Source: Candidatus Cloacimonadales bacterium (GTDB taxonomy: Bacteria; Cloacimonadota; Cloacimonadia; Cloacimonadales; JAFGVF01). Taken from it: a stretch of 64,000 bases of DNA. Shown here in pieces: positions 19,912-29,700 of the stretch. The translations under genes and the position numbers were made by a program. The notes beneath the pieces were generated by a model. It did not search any database. It had not been told where the DNA came from and was given only the letters and a program-made list of their open reading frames with translations. Location of the stretch: contig OY782781.1 in the NCBI GenBank assembly GCA_963678315.1, forward strand, positions 704,001-768,000, read 5' to 3'. The first letter of the stretch is position 1. Every line of letters begins with the position of its first letter.

Positions 19912-20758
19912 TATTTTTGAACATTGTATCTAAGTTACTATTAAGGTAATTACCACTAGAAAAGTGATAAATAGTTCTTTGAATTGTTTGAGCTGAGAAC
20001 TTCTCAAAATTAGGATACTCATTCAAATCTTGCATATTGATCTGATTGTTTATTATAGCCTTAGTTTTTGCTTCTATATTAGCAGTAAGTTCTTTGACTT
20101 TCTTCATATCTTTATCATGAGTTAAAAGTACAACCTGACATGCGTGATTATCAGGAAAGGCACTTCTATAAAGCTCATCCAGAGATAAATTAATATTTAA
20201 ATCATTAGCCTTTGTAGCAATAGTAGCAAAAGGTTCAGGCAGAAAGACTATTCCTTGATTGCCTTGTTTAAGAAGTTGTACAGATGATTGAATAGCTAAA
20301 TATTTAACATTATAATCTCTACTTGCTTGAAGATTATGCTTATTTGCAATGGCTGTAAACATGACTTCCATAGGAGCATTTTTGAAAGGAAAATAGATAG
20401 TTTTTCCTGCTATGTCCTCGATAGAATCTATCTCATGATTACTAACAAGATAAGTCAAATTATCAACTAAAGAGCAGACTAGCTTAAAGTCAGTAGCTTG
20501 TTTAGCAAAATTATTAGCAACAGATACTCCTGTAACTAGATAATCTGCTTTATTACTAAGAAATTTAGCATTAGCTTTTGAATGATTTAGATAGAATTCT
20601 ACTTGGTAAGCCGGATTATCTTTAACTGCAAGATAAGTAGCAATTCCAGAAGGTGTTTTAGGAATGAGAATCTTCTTTACACCTGAGCTTTCTTCTTTCT
20701 TTGCACAGCCTAAGCAAATTAACACTATTAAAAGTATTAGAAAATAAAGTTTTTTCAA
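19865..20758 (-). CDS. ABC substrate-binding lipoprotein (NitT/TauT-like)
   Basis: Lipobox CLGC; SIEDIAGKTI and LPEPFAT motifs. Confidence 0.75.
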   Translation of the reverse strand: MKKLYFLILLIVLICLGCAKKEESSGVKKILIPKTPSGIATYLAVKDNPAYQVEFYLNHSKANAKFLSNKADYLVTGVSVANNFAKQATDFKLVCSLVDNLTYLVSNHEIDSIEDIAGKTIYFPFKNAPMEVMFTAIANKHNLQASRDYNVKYLAIQSSVQLLKQGNQGIVFLPEPFATIATKANDLNINLSLDELYRSAFPDNHACQVVLLTHDKDMKKVKELTANIEAKTKAIINNQINMQDLNEYPNFEKFSAQTIQRTIYHFSSGNYLNSNLDTMFKNIAKDNKLADYILELD

Positions 20759-20767
20759 ATTTACACC

Positions 20768-21355
20768 TTAGATAGTAATTACATGTTTATCTTCTGTAAG
20801 AGCATCAACAATATCGTACATGTTAGAGATTGAACCAACTGCTAATTTATCAGTGAGTTTGAAGAAATCAAGACAGGTACCACAAACTAGAATTTCAACT
20901 CCCATTTTATCTAATTCTTTCATGTTTTCTAGGGTTAAAGCACCTTCAATACAGAGCTTTACTCCACCATTCATGAATATTAATTTTTCTGGGGTGTTAT
21001 CAATCTTTGTTAGAGCATAGATGAAACCTTTCATAAGAAGTTCACCAAGCTGAACATCACTAATACCTAAGTATTCACTCTTTATAAAGATAACTTTTCC
21101 TTTTGTATCTTTCTTGATTGTGTGGTCCATGATTTCACAGCAATCATTCTTTTCAATCTTAACAGAGTAATAATCATCTATCTTTTGAACTTGAGTTGCT
21201 GTATAATTGAAGTTACTTGCAAATTTAATTATATTCTCTTTAGCTGCTTCATTACCTACTAGAATAAGAATTTCATTATGTTGTTCATTAACCGCATCTT
21301 TAGCTAAAATAACTGGCCTTGGGCATGCTAATTCTCTAGCATCAATCTTTTTCAT
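20768..21355 (-). CDS. yedF: Selenium metabolism protein YedF (TusA domain plus DsrE-like domain)
   Basis: IDARELACPRPV (CPxP), LGELLMKGF, MNGGVKL, VCGTCLDFF and SNMYDI motifs. Confidence 0.9.
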   Translation of the reverse strand: MKKIDARELACPRPVILAKDAVNEQHNEILILVGNEAAKENIIKFASNFNYTATQVQKIDDYYSVKIEKNDCCEIMDHTIKKDTKGKVIFIKSEYLGISDVQLGELLMKGFIYALTKIDNTPEKLIFMNGGVKLCIEGALTLENMKELDKMGVEILVCGTCLDFFKLTDKLAVGSISNMYDIVDALTEDKHVITI

Positions 21356-21581
21356 AAATATCCCCTGTTTTATTATAAATATTATAATTTTCTATGTTAA
21401 TACTGTCTAGCTCCTGGCTTAATATCTTATTGTTAGAATCTCTGGTTAGCAGAGCAAAGCCACATTCAGAACTGACTTCTCTTGGAGTTGGGATGATTTC
21501 GCAATCAATCCCTTGTTCAGAAACATGCTTAAATGTTTTCATTGCATCATGTGACGATTCAAATATTACTAATAACTCCAT
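21342..21581 (-). CDS. DUF3343 small protein (putative Se/S carrier)
   Basis: F-x-S-x-H-x-A-M-K and IPTPREVSSECG motifs; selenium-cluster context. Confidence 0.8.
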   Translation of the reverse strand: MELLVIFESSHDAMKTFKHVSEQGIDCEIIPTPREVSSECGFALLTRDSNNKILSQELDSINIENYNIYNKTGDIYEKD

Positions 21582-22630
21582 TATACAAGTACTGTTATTT
21601 TCCTGTTCTTATCTGTAATTTGACCACATACAAAAGCATCTATTCCTGCATCTTTTAATTCTGTTAGACACTTATTTGCTTGACTGCTGTCAATTCCAAA
21701 CAACAATCCCCCTGAAGTTTGCGGGTCAAATAGAATATTTAGTATATCATCAGAAATATCGGCAAAGTTATTGATGTAACAAGATCTAAAGTTCTTGTTG
21801 TTATATGTTCCCCCTGGAACTAATCCCATCTTAACAAAGTCCATAATCTCTGGAAAAATCTCTATTTTATTATAATCAACTTCAATCCCTAACTGGCTAT
21901 CCTGGATTATCTCAACAAGATGTCCTAATAAGCCAAATCCTGTGATATCAGTAGCACAAGAAACATTATAGTTAGCGATGATTTCAGCAGGAATTTTATT
22001 GAGCTGAGTCATATACTTTACAGCATCATCTACAAGTTTCTTAGGTGCCATATCAGCCTTTAGAACTGTATTTATAATCCCAGTTCCGATTGGTTTAGTT
22101 AAAATTAAAAGATCTCCATTCCTTGGAGTATTGTTTAGATACATCTTTTTAGGATTAACAAAACCACTGACAGATAGTCCGAATTTAACATCAACATCAC
22201 TAATAGAATGACCACCAACTAAGGCTGTTTCTGCCTCGATAAGCTTGCTTAAAGCACCATCTATAATTTCTCTTAATAAGCTTATTTTTAGCTTCTTATC
22301 AGGGAAGCAGACAATACTCATAGCTGTCTTAGGTGTACCACCCATAGCATAGATATCAGATAAGGCATTACATGCTGAGATCTGACCAAAAGTATAAGGG
22401 TCATCTACTATAGGAGGGAAGAAGTCTAGTGTTTGTACCATAGCTAAATCATCATTTATACGGTAGATTCCTGCATCTTCTGCATGAGTATAATCTACTA
22501 GTAAGTCTGGGTAGCTTGGTTGAACTATTCCTGCTAATGCACGGTCCAGAACCTCTGGACTTAACTTAGCTCCTCAGCCCGAGTACTTACTGTAATCAGT
22601 AAGCTTTACAACTTTATCTTCTAATGTCAT
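21581..22630 (-). CDS. selD: Selenophosphate synthetase, selenocysteine-containing (UGA at 22574-22576)
   Basis: ATG 22630 reads MTLEDKVVKLTDYSKYSG-U-GAKLSPEVL...EDAGIYRINDDLAMVQTLDFFPP, in frame with the ORF-track product. Also NALSDIYAMGG, GGHS, TDITGFGLLGH and DPQTSGGLL motifs. Confidence 0.95.
22533..22570 (-). promoter_or_regulatory. Bacterial SECIS element of selD
   Basis: 3' of the UGA: GCTAA..GTCCAGA-GGT-TCTGGAC..TTAGC, a perfect 7-bp upper stem with a G-containing apical loop and a lower stem. Confidence 0.8.
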
Positions 22631-23768
22631 AAATAATCTCTTTTAAAGTATTTATAGTGTTATCGATTTCTTCTTTTGTAGTAAAATATCCAGGAGAAAA
22701 TCTGATTGTTCCTCCTAAATCAAAAGTATTAATAAAACGGTGTGCATTAGGTGCACAGTGTAATCCCATTCTAATAGCTATCTCTTTTTTATCAAGGAAT
22801 TTCGCTATTTGAGAACAAAAAGCCCCTTCAACATTGATAGATATTACACCTATCTGTCTTTCTAAGTCCTGATTACTATAAATAATCACTTCTTGAATAG
22901 TCTTTAATCTATCTAAGAAATAGCCTGTAATTTCCCTTTTCTTAGATTCTATTTTATCAAGTCCTTCAGATAATATATATTTCAAGGATGTTAATAATCC
23001 GTAAAAACCACACATATTAAGTGTACCACTCTCGTACTTATCAGGACAGAAGTTAGGCTGAGTAATATCTTGCGACTTAGAGCCTGTTCCTCCGAAGCTT
23101 AATGGCTCAAAAGAGAAGTTATCATTAAAGTAAAAAGCTCCTGTACCAGTAGGACCTAAAAGTCCTTTATGACCTGGAAAACAAATAGCACTGTAGTGGT
23201 CAGGGTTAATGTTTAAATGCTTGTAGCCTACGACTTGAGAAGCATCCAGAATGAAATCAATGTCATGCTTATAGCAGATAGCAGCAATATCTTGATAAGC
23301 TAATATTGAACCTGTTACATTGGAGCAAGCATTAAAAACTACCTTGTTAACCGCTTTCTGGACTAAGTCTTCTTCAAACTTATCTAAATCAATAGAGAAA
23401 TCTGAATTAAGTGCAATTCTACAGACCGATATTCCTCTTCTTTCCTTTAGATAAGAAAGAGGTCTTTCAACAGAATTATGCTCCAAAGGTGTTGTCATTA
23501 CCACATCATCTGGCTTGATAGAACCAAGTATAACAGTGTTCAAGCCTTGAGTAGCATTGTTTGTAAGGATTATATTTGAGCTCTTCTTTACACCAATAAT
23601 CTGAGCAATCAGCTCTCTTAATTCAAATATAAAAAGGGAAGATTTTACTGCTGATTTGTAAGAAGATCTCCCAGCATTACCAGCAATATTATTTAAGTGA
23701 TAAGCAATAGCCTGTCCAACGCCAGGTGCCTTTGGAAAAGAAGTTGCAGCATTATCTAAGTATATCAT
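22614..23768 (-). CDS. Class V aminotransferase, cysteine desulfurase/selenocysteine lyase-like
   Basis: IYLDNAATS, EHNS, DASQ, PGHKGLLGPTG and RMGLHCA motifs. Confidence 0.9.
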   Translation of the reverse strand: MIYLDNAATSFPKAPGVGQAIAYHLNNIAGNAGRSSYKSAVKSSLFIFELRELIAQIIGVKKSSNIILTNNATQGLNTVILGSIKPDDVVMTTPLEHNSVERPLSYLKERRGISVCRIALNSDFSIDLDKFEEDLVQKAVNKVVFNACSNVTGSILAYQDIAAICYKHDIDFILDASQVVGYKHLNINPDHYSAICFPGHKGLLGPTGTGAFYFNDNFSFEPLSFGGTGSKSQDITQPNFCPDKYESGTLNMCGFYGLLTSLKYILSEGLDKIESKKREITGYFLDRLKTIQEVIIYSNQDLERQIGVISINVEGAFCSQIAKFLDKKEIAIRMGLHCAPNAHRFINTFDLGGTIRFSPGYFTTKEEIDNTINTLKEIIYDIRR

Positions 23769-24157
23769 CTAATGATTAATTCCTTGTATTTAGTTTCTTC
23801 ATCATACTCTCTTGAGAAGCTAGTATTATCTACTTTAGCAAGGACTATCTCAGCAGTAGAATTAATGATGTTATCATCTAATAAATGCCCACCAAAACAG
23901 CTTCCTGATTCATCAGCTACAGATATATGGAAATGTCCTTCATGATTATTATTAAAGGTTCCTGTTAAGCTTACTATCTCAAAGTTCTCTGTTTTGGTCA
24001 TCTTTTGCTTAGCTGAAGCCAACCTAATGTTTAAGTGTTTTAGACTTCCTACACAAGTTACAATAAGACCAGCTTCAATGCCATTTTCAAGAGCAAAGTT
24101 GAAGATAGATTCTTTTAGCTTCTCATTGGGTTTAAGCCGAAAAGCGTATAATTCCAT
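23765..24157 (-). CDS. PPC/DUF296 domain protein
   Basis: RLKP, CVGSL, EIVSLTG, HFH and GGHL motifs. Confidence 0.88.
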   Translation of the reverse strand: MELYAFRLKPNEKLKESIFNFALENGIEAGLIVTCVGSLKHLNIRLASAKQKMTKTENFEIVSLTGTFNNNHEGHFHISVADESGSCFGGHLLDDNIINSTAEIVLAKVDNTSFSREYDEETKYKELIIR

Positions 24158-26841
24158 TAATAATTAGCCATATTTGTAGGGACAGTAAAGGAGAAGCTAG
24201 AACCTTTGCCTATCTCACTTTCAATCCACATCTTACCATGCATTCTTTCTACAAGCTCTCTACAAAGAACTAAACCTAACCCAGAACCCTTTTCCCCTTC
24301 TGTACCATAAGTTGATACTGTTTTATCAAACTCTGTTAAATAAGGTATTATCTCTTCTTTGATACCTATTCCTGTATCAGTTACCTTAATAGTGCAGTAA
24401 TGAGCATCAGTTATTGCTGTAAGCTTAATCTGACCCTTCTTTGGTGTATATTTGATAGCATTTGTTAGTAGGTTTCTGATTATAGTTTTAAACATATCTA
24501 TATCAATATATGCTTGTGCTTCACTTGAGACATCAACAGATAATTTTATATTCTTGCTTGTTGCTAAGTTTTCTGTTACTTTAATAACATTATCGATTAT
24601 AGCTTTAATCATGACTTGTTCAGGGATGAATGACAGATAACCTCTTTGATTTGAAGCCCATTTAAGAAGGTTCTCTAAGAGATCAAATGTATTTCTAGCT
24701 GAATCTGTAAGGATAGGAAGAATACTTCTAATTTCCTTTATTGGTGTTCTTTTCTCACTTGTTAGATGTTCTAACATTGCTTTGATATTTCCCACAGGAG
24801 ACCGTAAATCATGAGCAATAATAGAGAAGAATTTGTCTTTCGTAGAACTCTCATGAGCTAATTTACGCTGAGCCACAACCCTATCAGTAATATCGTAAGA
24901 GAAGACTGTAGCTCCGATTACATTGTTATTACTGTCAATGATAGGTGAATAATAGTATTGCAGAATCTCTAATTTAACTTTCTTAGTCTCTGGATATTCT
25001 CTTATACCGCTAATACTTTCACCAGCTAGAACCTTTGCGATTGTACTCTTCTTATCTTGCTTCTCACTAAGGTCTTTATATCTGATAAAATAGTTATCCC
25101 CAACACTTAGTTCAAGACCAACATGATTCTTAATATTCCGCTTATAATTCTCGTTAAAATAGGTATAATTACAATCTCTATCAATAGAGCAAATATATAC
25201 TTGAGATGCACTTTCTAGAATAGATTTAAGATGAGCATTAAGCTTTTCTACTTGCTCCTTAATTAAGTATTCTTCAGATACATCTTTTATTACAAATAGA
25301 TAACTTGTAAGTTCTTTTTCAGCATTAAATATCTTGGTTACTTCTAGATTAACCCTAATCAACTCACCATTCTTAGTTTCTAGGCAGTCAGTAGATTTGA
25401 TAGAAGATATATTTTTGGTCTTGAATTGATGCCTAAGTTTACTAATAAAATCCTTACAATCATTTTTAAATATTCTTACCCCTTTATCATATATTTCTTC
25501 AGCGGTATACTTCATTTTATCAAGAATATATGGGTTTAGGTAAGTTACTTTTAGGTTAGTATCCATCATTAGAATGCCAACTTGAGCATTATTAAAAATT
25601 GCTTCTAGTTTTTCTTTACTTTCTAGAAGTTCATTATCAAGCTTTCTTTTTTGAGTAATGTCATTGAATATAGTAACTAAACCTGAAACTTCTCCCACTT
25701 CATTATAGTAAATATCGCGATAGACATCTAAAACCTTCTTATCTCCCTTGACTTCTGTTTCTATAATTTGTTGAGTAATCTCTTTATTTTGAAGTCTTTT
25801 CTTTAAGATACTAGTGTAATCGATTTCATGTTTAGTATAGAAATTAGTAAAATGCTTATTATATATATCTTCAAATTTTACACCAAGAAAGTCTAGAAAA
25901 GCTTTATTACAGCCCTGAATATAACCCTCAATATTCATGTGATACAATGGTAGAGGAATAGTCTCTAATAATGATTCTAGAAAGCCATTTCTTTTGCTAA
26001 TATCAATGTGTTTTTGTTGTAATACTTGATTCTCTTTTTTGATAATGGACAATTCAGATTTAGTTAAATTTGCTTCTATGCTTGAAAAATGATTACTTAA
26101 CTGCTCTTTTACATCTTTATTTTTAGCTTTTCGGGTATACATGAAGCTCTTTCTTAAATATAAGTTAGCAGATTTATAATCTTCAATAGATTCATAAAAC
26201 TCAGCAAGACTATTATTGGTAGAACTTAAAACAAGAAAATACTCTTTTTCTTCTGCTATTTTAGCCACTTCTAGCAAATCATTAAGAACTTCTTCTTTAT
26301 CCCCGATGAACAGTTTATTTACTAGAAGGTTAGACTTAGCCATCAATTCTTCTTTTTCTGTAAGAAGATGATGATATTTATCATAAACTGATTTTAGAGA
26401 ATGATAGCTCCTTTGATATTCTTTGTTTTTTTGATAAAAAACAGATACGTTATTAGCTATTGATAAAGCCCCAACATTATCTTTTGCTTTGAAATAGAAT
26501 TTAAGTGCTTGTTGCTTGTATTCTTCGATTAAATGAAATTCTTTCGAATAGAAGGAAGTAATAATCAAGTTGTTATAACAGTTGCCAATTTCCTTGAAAT
26601 TGGCACATAAAATATAGTTTTTAATAGCTTCTAAATAATAGTTTTTGGCATCTACCATTTTATTATTTCTTATATATAGGTTTCCTATAAGCTTGCAAGT
26701 ATCTCCAATTACATTGGGATTATCGCAATCCTTTACCATGTTGAAAATCTCCAAAGTTTCAACTAGTGCTTTTCCAACATCAATTTCAGCAATTTCTTGG
26801 GCATGCTTTATAGCTATTTTTATTTCGTCATTAATTAACAT
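24157..26841 (-). CDS. TPR/PAS-domain sensor histidine kinase (cytoplasmic)
   Basis: TPR-like N-terminus, three PAS-like repeats, IAHDLRSP, NLLTNAIKY, DTGIG and GSGLGL motifs. Confidence 0.9.
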   Translation of the reverse strand: MLINDEIKIAIKHAQEIAEIDVGKALVETLEIFNMVKDCDNPNVIGDTCKLIGNLYIRNNKMVDAKNYYLEAIKNYILCANFKEIGNCYNNLIITSFYSKEFHLIEEYKQQALKFYFKAKDNVGALSIANNVSVFYQKNKEYQRSYHSLKSVYDKYHHLLTEKEELMAKSNLLVNKLFIGDKEEVLNDLLEVAKIAEEKEYFLVLSSTNNSLAEFYESIEDYKSANLYLRKSFMYTRKAKNKDVKEQLSNHFSSIEANLTKSELSIIKKENQVLQQKHIDISKRNGFLESLLETIPLPLYHMNIEGYIQGCNKAFLDFLGVKFEDIYNKHFTNFYTKHEIDYTSILKKRLQNKEITQQIIETEVKGDKKVLDVYRDIYYNEVGEVSGLVTIFNDITQKRKLDNELLESKEKLEAIFNNAQVGILMMDTNLKVTYLNPYILDKMKYTAEEIYDKGVRIFKNDCKDFISKLRHQFKTKNISSIKSTDCLETKNGELIRVNLEVTKIFNAEKELTSYLFVIKDVSEEYLIKEQVEKLNAHLKSILESASQVYICSIDRDCNYTYFNENYKRNIKNHVGLELSVGDNYFIRYKDLSEKQDKKSTIAKVLAGESISGIREYPETKKVKLEILQYYYSPIIDSNNNVIGATVFSYDITDRVVAQRKLAHESSTKDKFFSIIAHDLRSPVGNIKAMLEHLTSEKRTPIKEIRSILPILTDSARNTFDLLENLLKWASNQRGYLSFIPEQVMIKAIIDNVIKVTENLATSKNIKLSVDVSSEAQAYIDIDMFKTIIRNLLTNAIKYTPKKGQIKLTAITDAHYCTIKVTDTGIGIKEEIIPYLTEFDKTVSTYGTEGEKGSGLGLVLCRELVERMHGKMWIESEIGKGSSFSFTVPTNMANY

Positions 26842-26968
26842 ATAATCCTTCTTTAAGTAAAAATTATTTAACTAATATTTACTTGTAAAGTTTTTTTTTA
26901 ACTTTATGATTTACTAATATTTGCCTTTTAATTTTATTGGTCAAAAAAACTAATAATGAGAGGATCTC

Positions 26969-28690
26969 TTGATTAAACGATTCGTTAAATTCTATAAACC
27001 ACACAAGCTACTTTTTATTTTAGATATTGGAATTGCTTTTTTAACTTCAATACTAAATATTGTTTTTCCTTCTATAACAAGAACCTTATTAAAAGATTCT
27101 ATTCCTAACAGGGATACAAGAATGATCATCGTGTTTTTCTCTGTTCTTTTGCTTATCTGGATTGCTAGAGCCTTTTTTAACTTCATAAGAATCAAGTGGG
27201 GACATATTCTCGGAGTTCGCATGGAAGCAGATATGCGTTCTATGTTATTTAGGCATCTTCAAAAGCTATCTTTTACTTATTATGATAACACCAAGACTGG
27301 ACATATTATGTCTAGAATTACCAATGATTTAAACGTCATTGCTGAAGTTGCTCATCATGCTCCTGAAGACCTTATCATTTCTGTCTTTACTATTGTGGGT
27401 TCCTTTATTGTGATGTTCTCATTTAATACAAACTTAGCATTGTTTGCTCTTGCTCCGCTGCCAATTATTGTTATTTGGGGACTTACTCTTGGTAGAAGAA
27501 TGAAAGCAGGTTTCAGGAATGTAAGAAAGAAGATTGCTGAAATGAACTCTTCAGTTGAGAACTCTGTTCAAGGCATTAGGGAAGTCAAATCTTATGCTAA
27601 TGAAGAGATGGAGATTGAGAAGTTTGGTGATGTTAATCTAAACTTTCAAAAAGCTAAAGAGAAAATGTATAGCCTGATGTCCCTCTTTCACTCTGGTATG
27701 GGTTTCCTAACTGATATATATTATGGGGTTGTTTTGGCTGGTGCTACCTGGCTTCTTCTTCGTAATGAAATAGTCATAGCCGACCTTTTAGCTTTCATTC
27801 TCTATATCAACTTTATTTTAAATCCAATAAATAGACTTATCAATTTTGTTGAACAATATCAGCAAGGATATACTGCCTTTGAGCGTTTTACAGAGATTAT
27901 GGATATTGAAGCTGACATACAAGATAGAAAGGGTGCAATATCTCTCAGTTCAAAATATTCTAATATTTCAATTAAGAACTTATCATTTAGATATCAAGGA
28001 ACAGATAACTATGTCTTAGAGGATATTAATATCAATGTTGAAGCTGGTAAAACAGTTGCTTTAGTGGGAGAATCAGGTGCAGGTAAATCAACTTTAGTTT
28101 CACTTATACCTCGCTTTTATGAGCCTAACAAAGGTTCTATCCTGATTAATGATCATGACATCATGGATTTAAAGCAAAAGTTCCTTAGAGAGAATATTGG
28201 AATTGTTCAACAAAGTGTCTTCTTATTTGATACTACAATCCGTGAAAACATCTTATATGGCAAGCCTAGTGCAAGCGATGATGAACTTATTGAAGCTGCT
28301 AAGAATGCTAATATTCTTGATTTCATCATGTCTCTTCCTGATGGCTTTGATACCCTAGTCGGTGAAAGAGGTGTTAAACTTTCTGGTGGTCAAAAACAAA
28401 GAATTTCTATTGCTAGAGTTTTCTTAAAAGACCCTGATATTCTAATATTTGATGAAGCTACTTCTTCTTTAGATACAGAATCAGAGGCTCGCATTCAAGA
28501 ATCTTTAGAAAAGCTTTCAGAGAATAGAACTACAATTGTTATAGCTCATAGATTGTCAACAGTTGCCAAAGCTGATTATACTTATGTAATGCAGAATGGC
28601 AAGATAGTTGAAGAAGGACGACATACTCAATTGATAAATGAAAAGGGCTATTATTATAGTCTTTGTTCTAGAATGAATATGATAAATTAG
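26969..28690 (+). CDS. ABC exporter, fused permease/ATPase
   Basis: N-terminal TMD; GESGAGKS, LSGGQKQR, DEATS and IAHRLST motifs. Confidence 0.93.
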   Translation: MIKRFVKFYKPHKLLFILDIGIAFLTSILNIVFPSITRTLLKDSIPNRDTRMIIVFFSVLLLIWIARAFFNFIRIKWGHILGVRMEADMRSMLFRHLQKLSFTYYDNTKTGHIMSRITNDLNVIAEVAHHAPEDLIISVFTIVGSFIVMFSFNTNLALFALAPLPIIVIWGLTLGRRMKAGFRNVRKKIAEMNSSVENSVQGIREVKSYANEEMEIEKFGDVNLNFQKAKEKMYSLMSLFHSGMGFLTDIYYGVVLAGATWLLLRNEIVIADLLAFILYINFILNPINRLINFVEQYQQGYTAFERFTEIMDIEADIQDRKGAISLSSKYSNISIKNLSFRYQGTDNYVLEDININVEAGKTVALVGESGAGKSTLVSLIPRFYEPNKGSILINDHDIMDLKQKFLRENIGIVQQSVFLFDTTIRENILYGKPSASDDELIEAAKNANILDFIMSLPDGFDTLVGERGVKLSGGQKQRISIARVFLKDPDILIFDEATSSLDTESEARIQESLEKLSENRTTIVIAHRLSTVAKADYTYVMQNGKIVEEGRHTQLINEKGYYYSLCSRMNMIN

Positions 28691-28698
28691 GATACAAA

Positions 28699-29541
28699 AT
28701 GAAAGAGAAAAACTCTGCAATTTTATGGATGTTAACTTCTGCTTTAAGCTTTGCGATTATGGGAGCAATGGTCAAACTTGCTAGCGAAATACCAGTTATA
28801 GAAAAGGTCTTCTTTAGGAATTTAATCACCTTTATTTTAACCCTTTCCATATTCTTAAGAAAGTGGGAGAACCCTTTTAAACAAGGTAAAGCAAGCAAGT
28901 TCTTACTCTTGAGATCTATGGCTGGATTACTTGGTGTTGTCTTCTACTTTTATGCAATATCTAATCTACCTCTTTCTGATTCAACTATGCTGAATAAGTT
29001 ATCGCCTTTCTTTGTGATGATTTTTGCTGGTTTCTTCTTGAAAGAAGGCTTTACATTGAAGAAGTTCTCTACTGTTATTTTGGCTTTTGTAGGAGCTCTG
29101 TTAATAATTAAACCTCAGTTAGATCTATCAATTCTTCCTGCACTTGCTGGCTTATTATCAGCTATTTTTGCTGGAATAGCCTATACTACTGTTCGCTATT
29201 TAAAGGGTAAAGCATCTTCTAACATGATTGTCTTCTACTTTTCAGCTATTTCAGTATTGGGAACATTGCCTTTTGTATTACTCAACTTCAAAGTACCCAA
29301 GGCCAGCGAGTTAATGTTCTTGATTGGAACTGGCTTTTTTGCTGCTTGTGGCCAATTATCTTTAACTCAAGCTTACCACAAAGCACCAGCTTCTGAAATA
29401 TCTATCTATAACTATGCAAGTGTTGTTTTTGCTACTATTATTGGTGTGCTTTTTGTAGGTGATAAACTTCCTGATATTTACACTATACTTGGTGGTTTAA
29501 TCATCTTCATAGGAGCATATCTGAACTTCAGGAGTAAATAA
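28699..29541 (+). CDS. DMT/EamA-family transporter
   Basis: About 10 TM helices in two EamA-like repeats. Confidence 0.88.
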   Translation: MKEKNSAILWMLTSALSFAIMGAMVKLASEIPVIEKVFFRNLITFILTLSIFLRKWENPFKQGKASKFLLLRSMAGLLGVVFYFYAISNLPLSDSTMLNKLSPFFVMIFAGFFLKEGFTLKKFSTVILAFVGALLIIKPQLDLSILPALAGLLSAIFAGIAYTTVRYLKGKASSNMIVFYFSAISVLGTLPFVLLNFKVPKASELMFLIGTGFFAACGQLSLTQAYHKAPASEISIYNYASVVFATIIGVLFVGDKLPDIYTILGGLIIFIGAYLNFRSK

Positions 29542-29558
29542 TTCTTCTTATAAATAAA

Positions 29559-29587
29559 ATACCAGACATCTAAAAGACGTCTGGTAT
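29559..29587. terminator. Hairpin downstream of the EamA gene
   Basis: ATACCAGAC..GTCTGGTAT inverted repeat between convergent genes. Confidence 0.45.
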
Positions 29588-29660
29588 CAGTTCTCGCATT
29601 ATAAATAAAGGGTTAGTTTCAAATCATTGAAAAGATAACTCTTTAGCCGTAAAATTTATT

Positions 29661-29700
29661 AAAAGAGAATGTAGGGCAAGATCCTACATTCTCTTATTTT
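29661..29700. terminator. Probable bidirectional terminator
   Basis: 13-bp stem AAGAGAATGTAGG/CCTACATTCTCTT with A and T runs on either side, between convergent genes. Confidence 0.7.

Noticed and set aside
21581..22441. 286-aa ORF as the complete SelD
   Set aside because: It lacks the catalytic N-terminus; the true frame extends through the UGA to ATG 22630.
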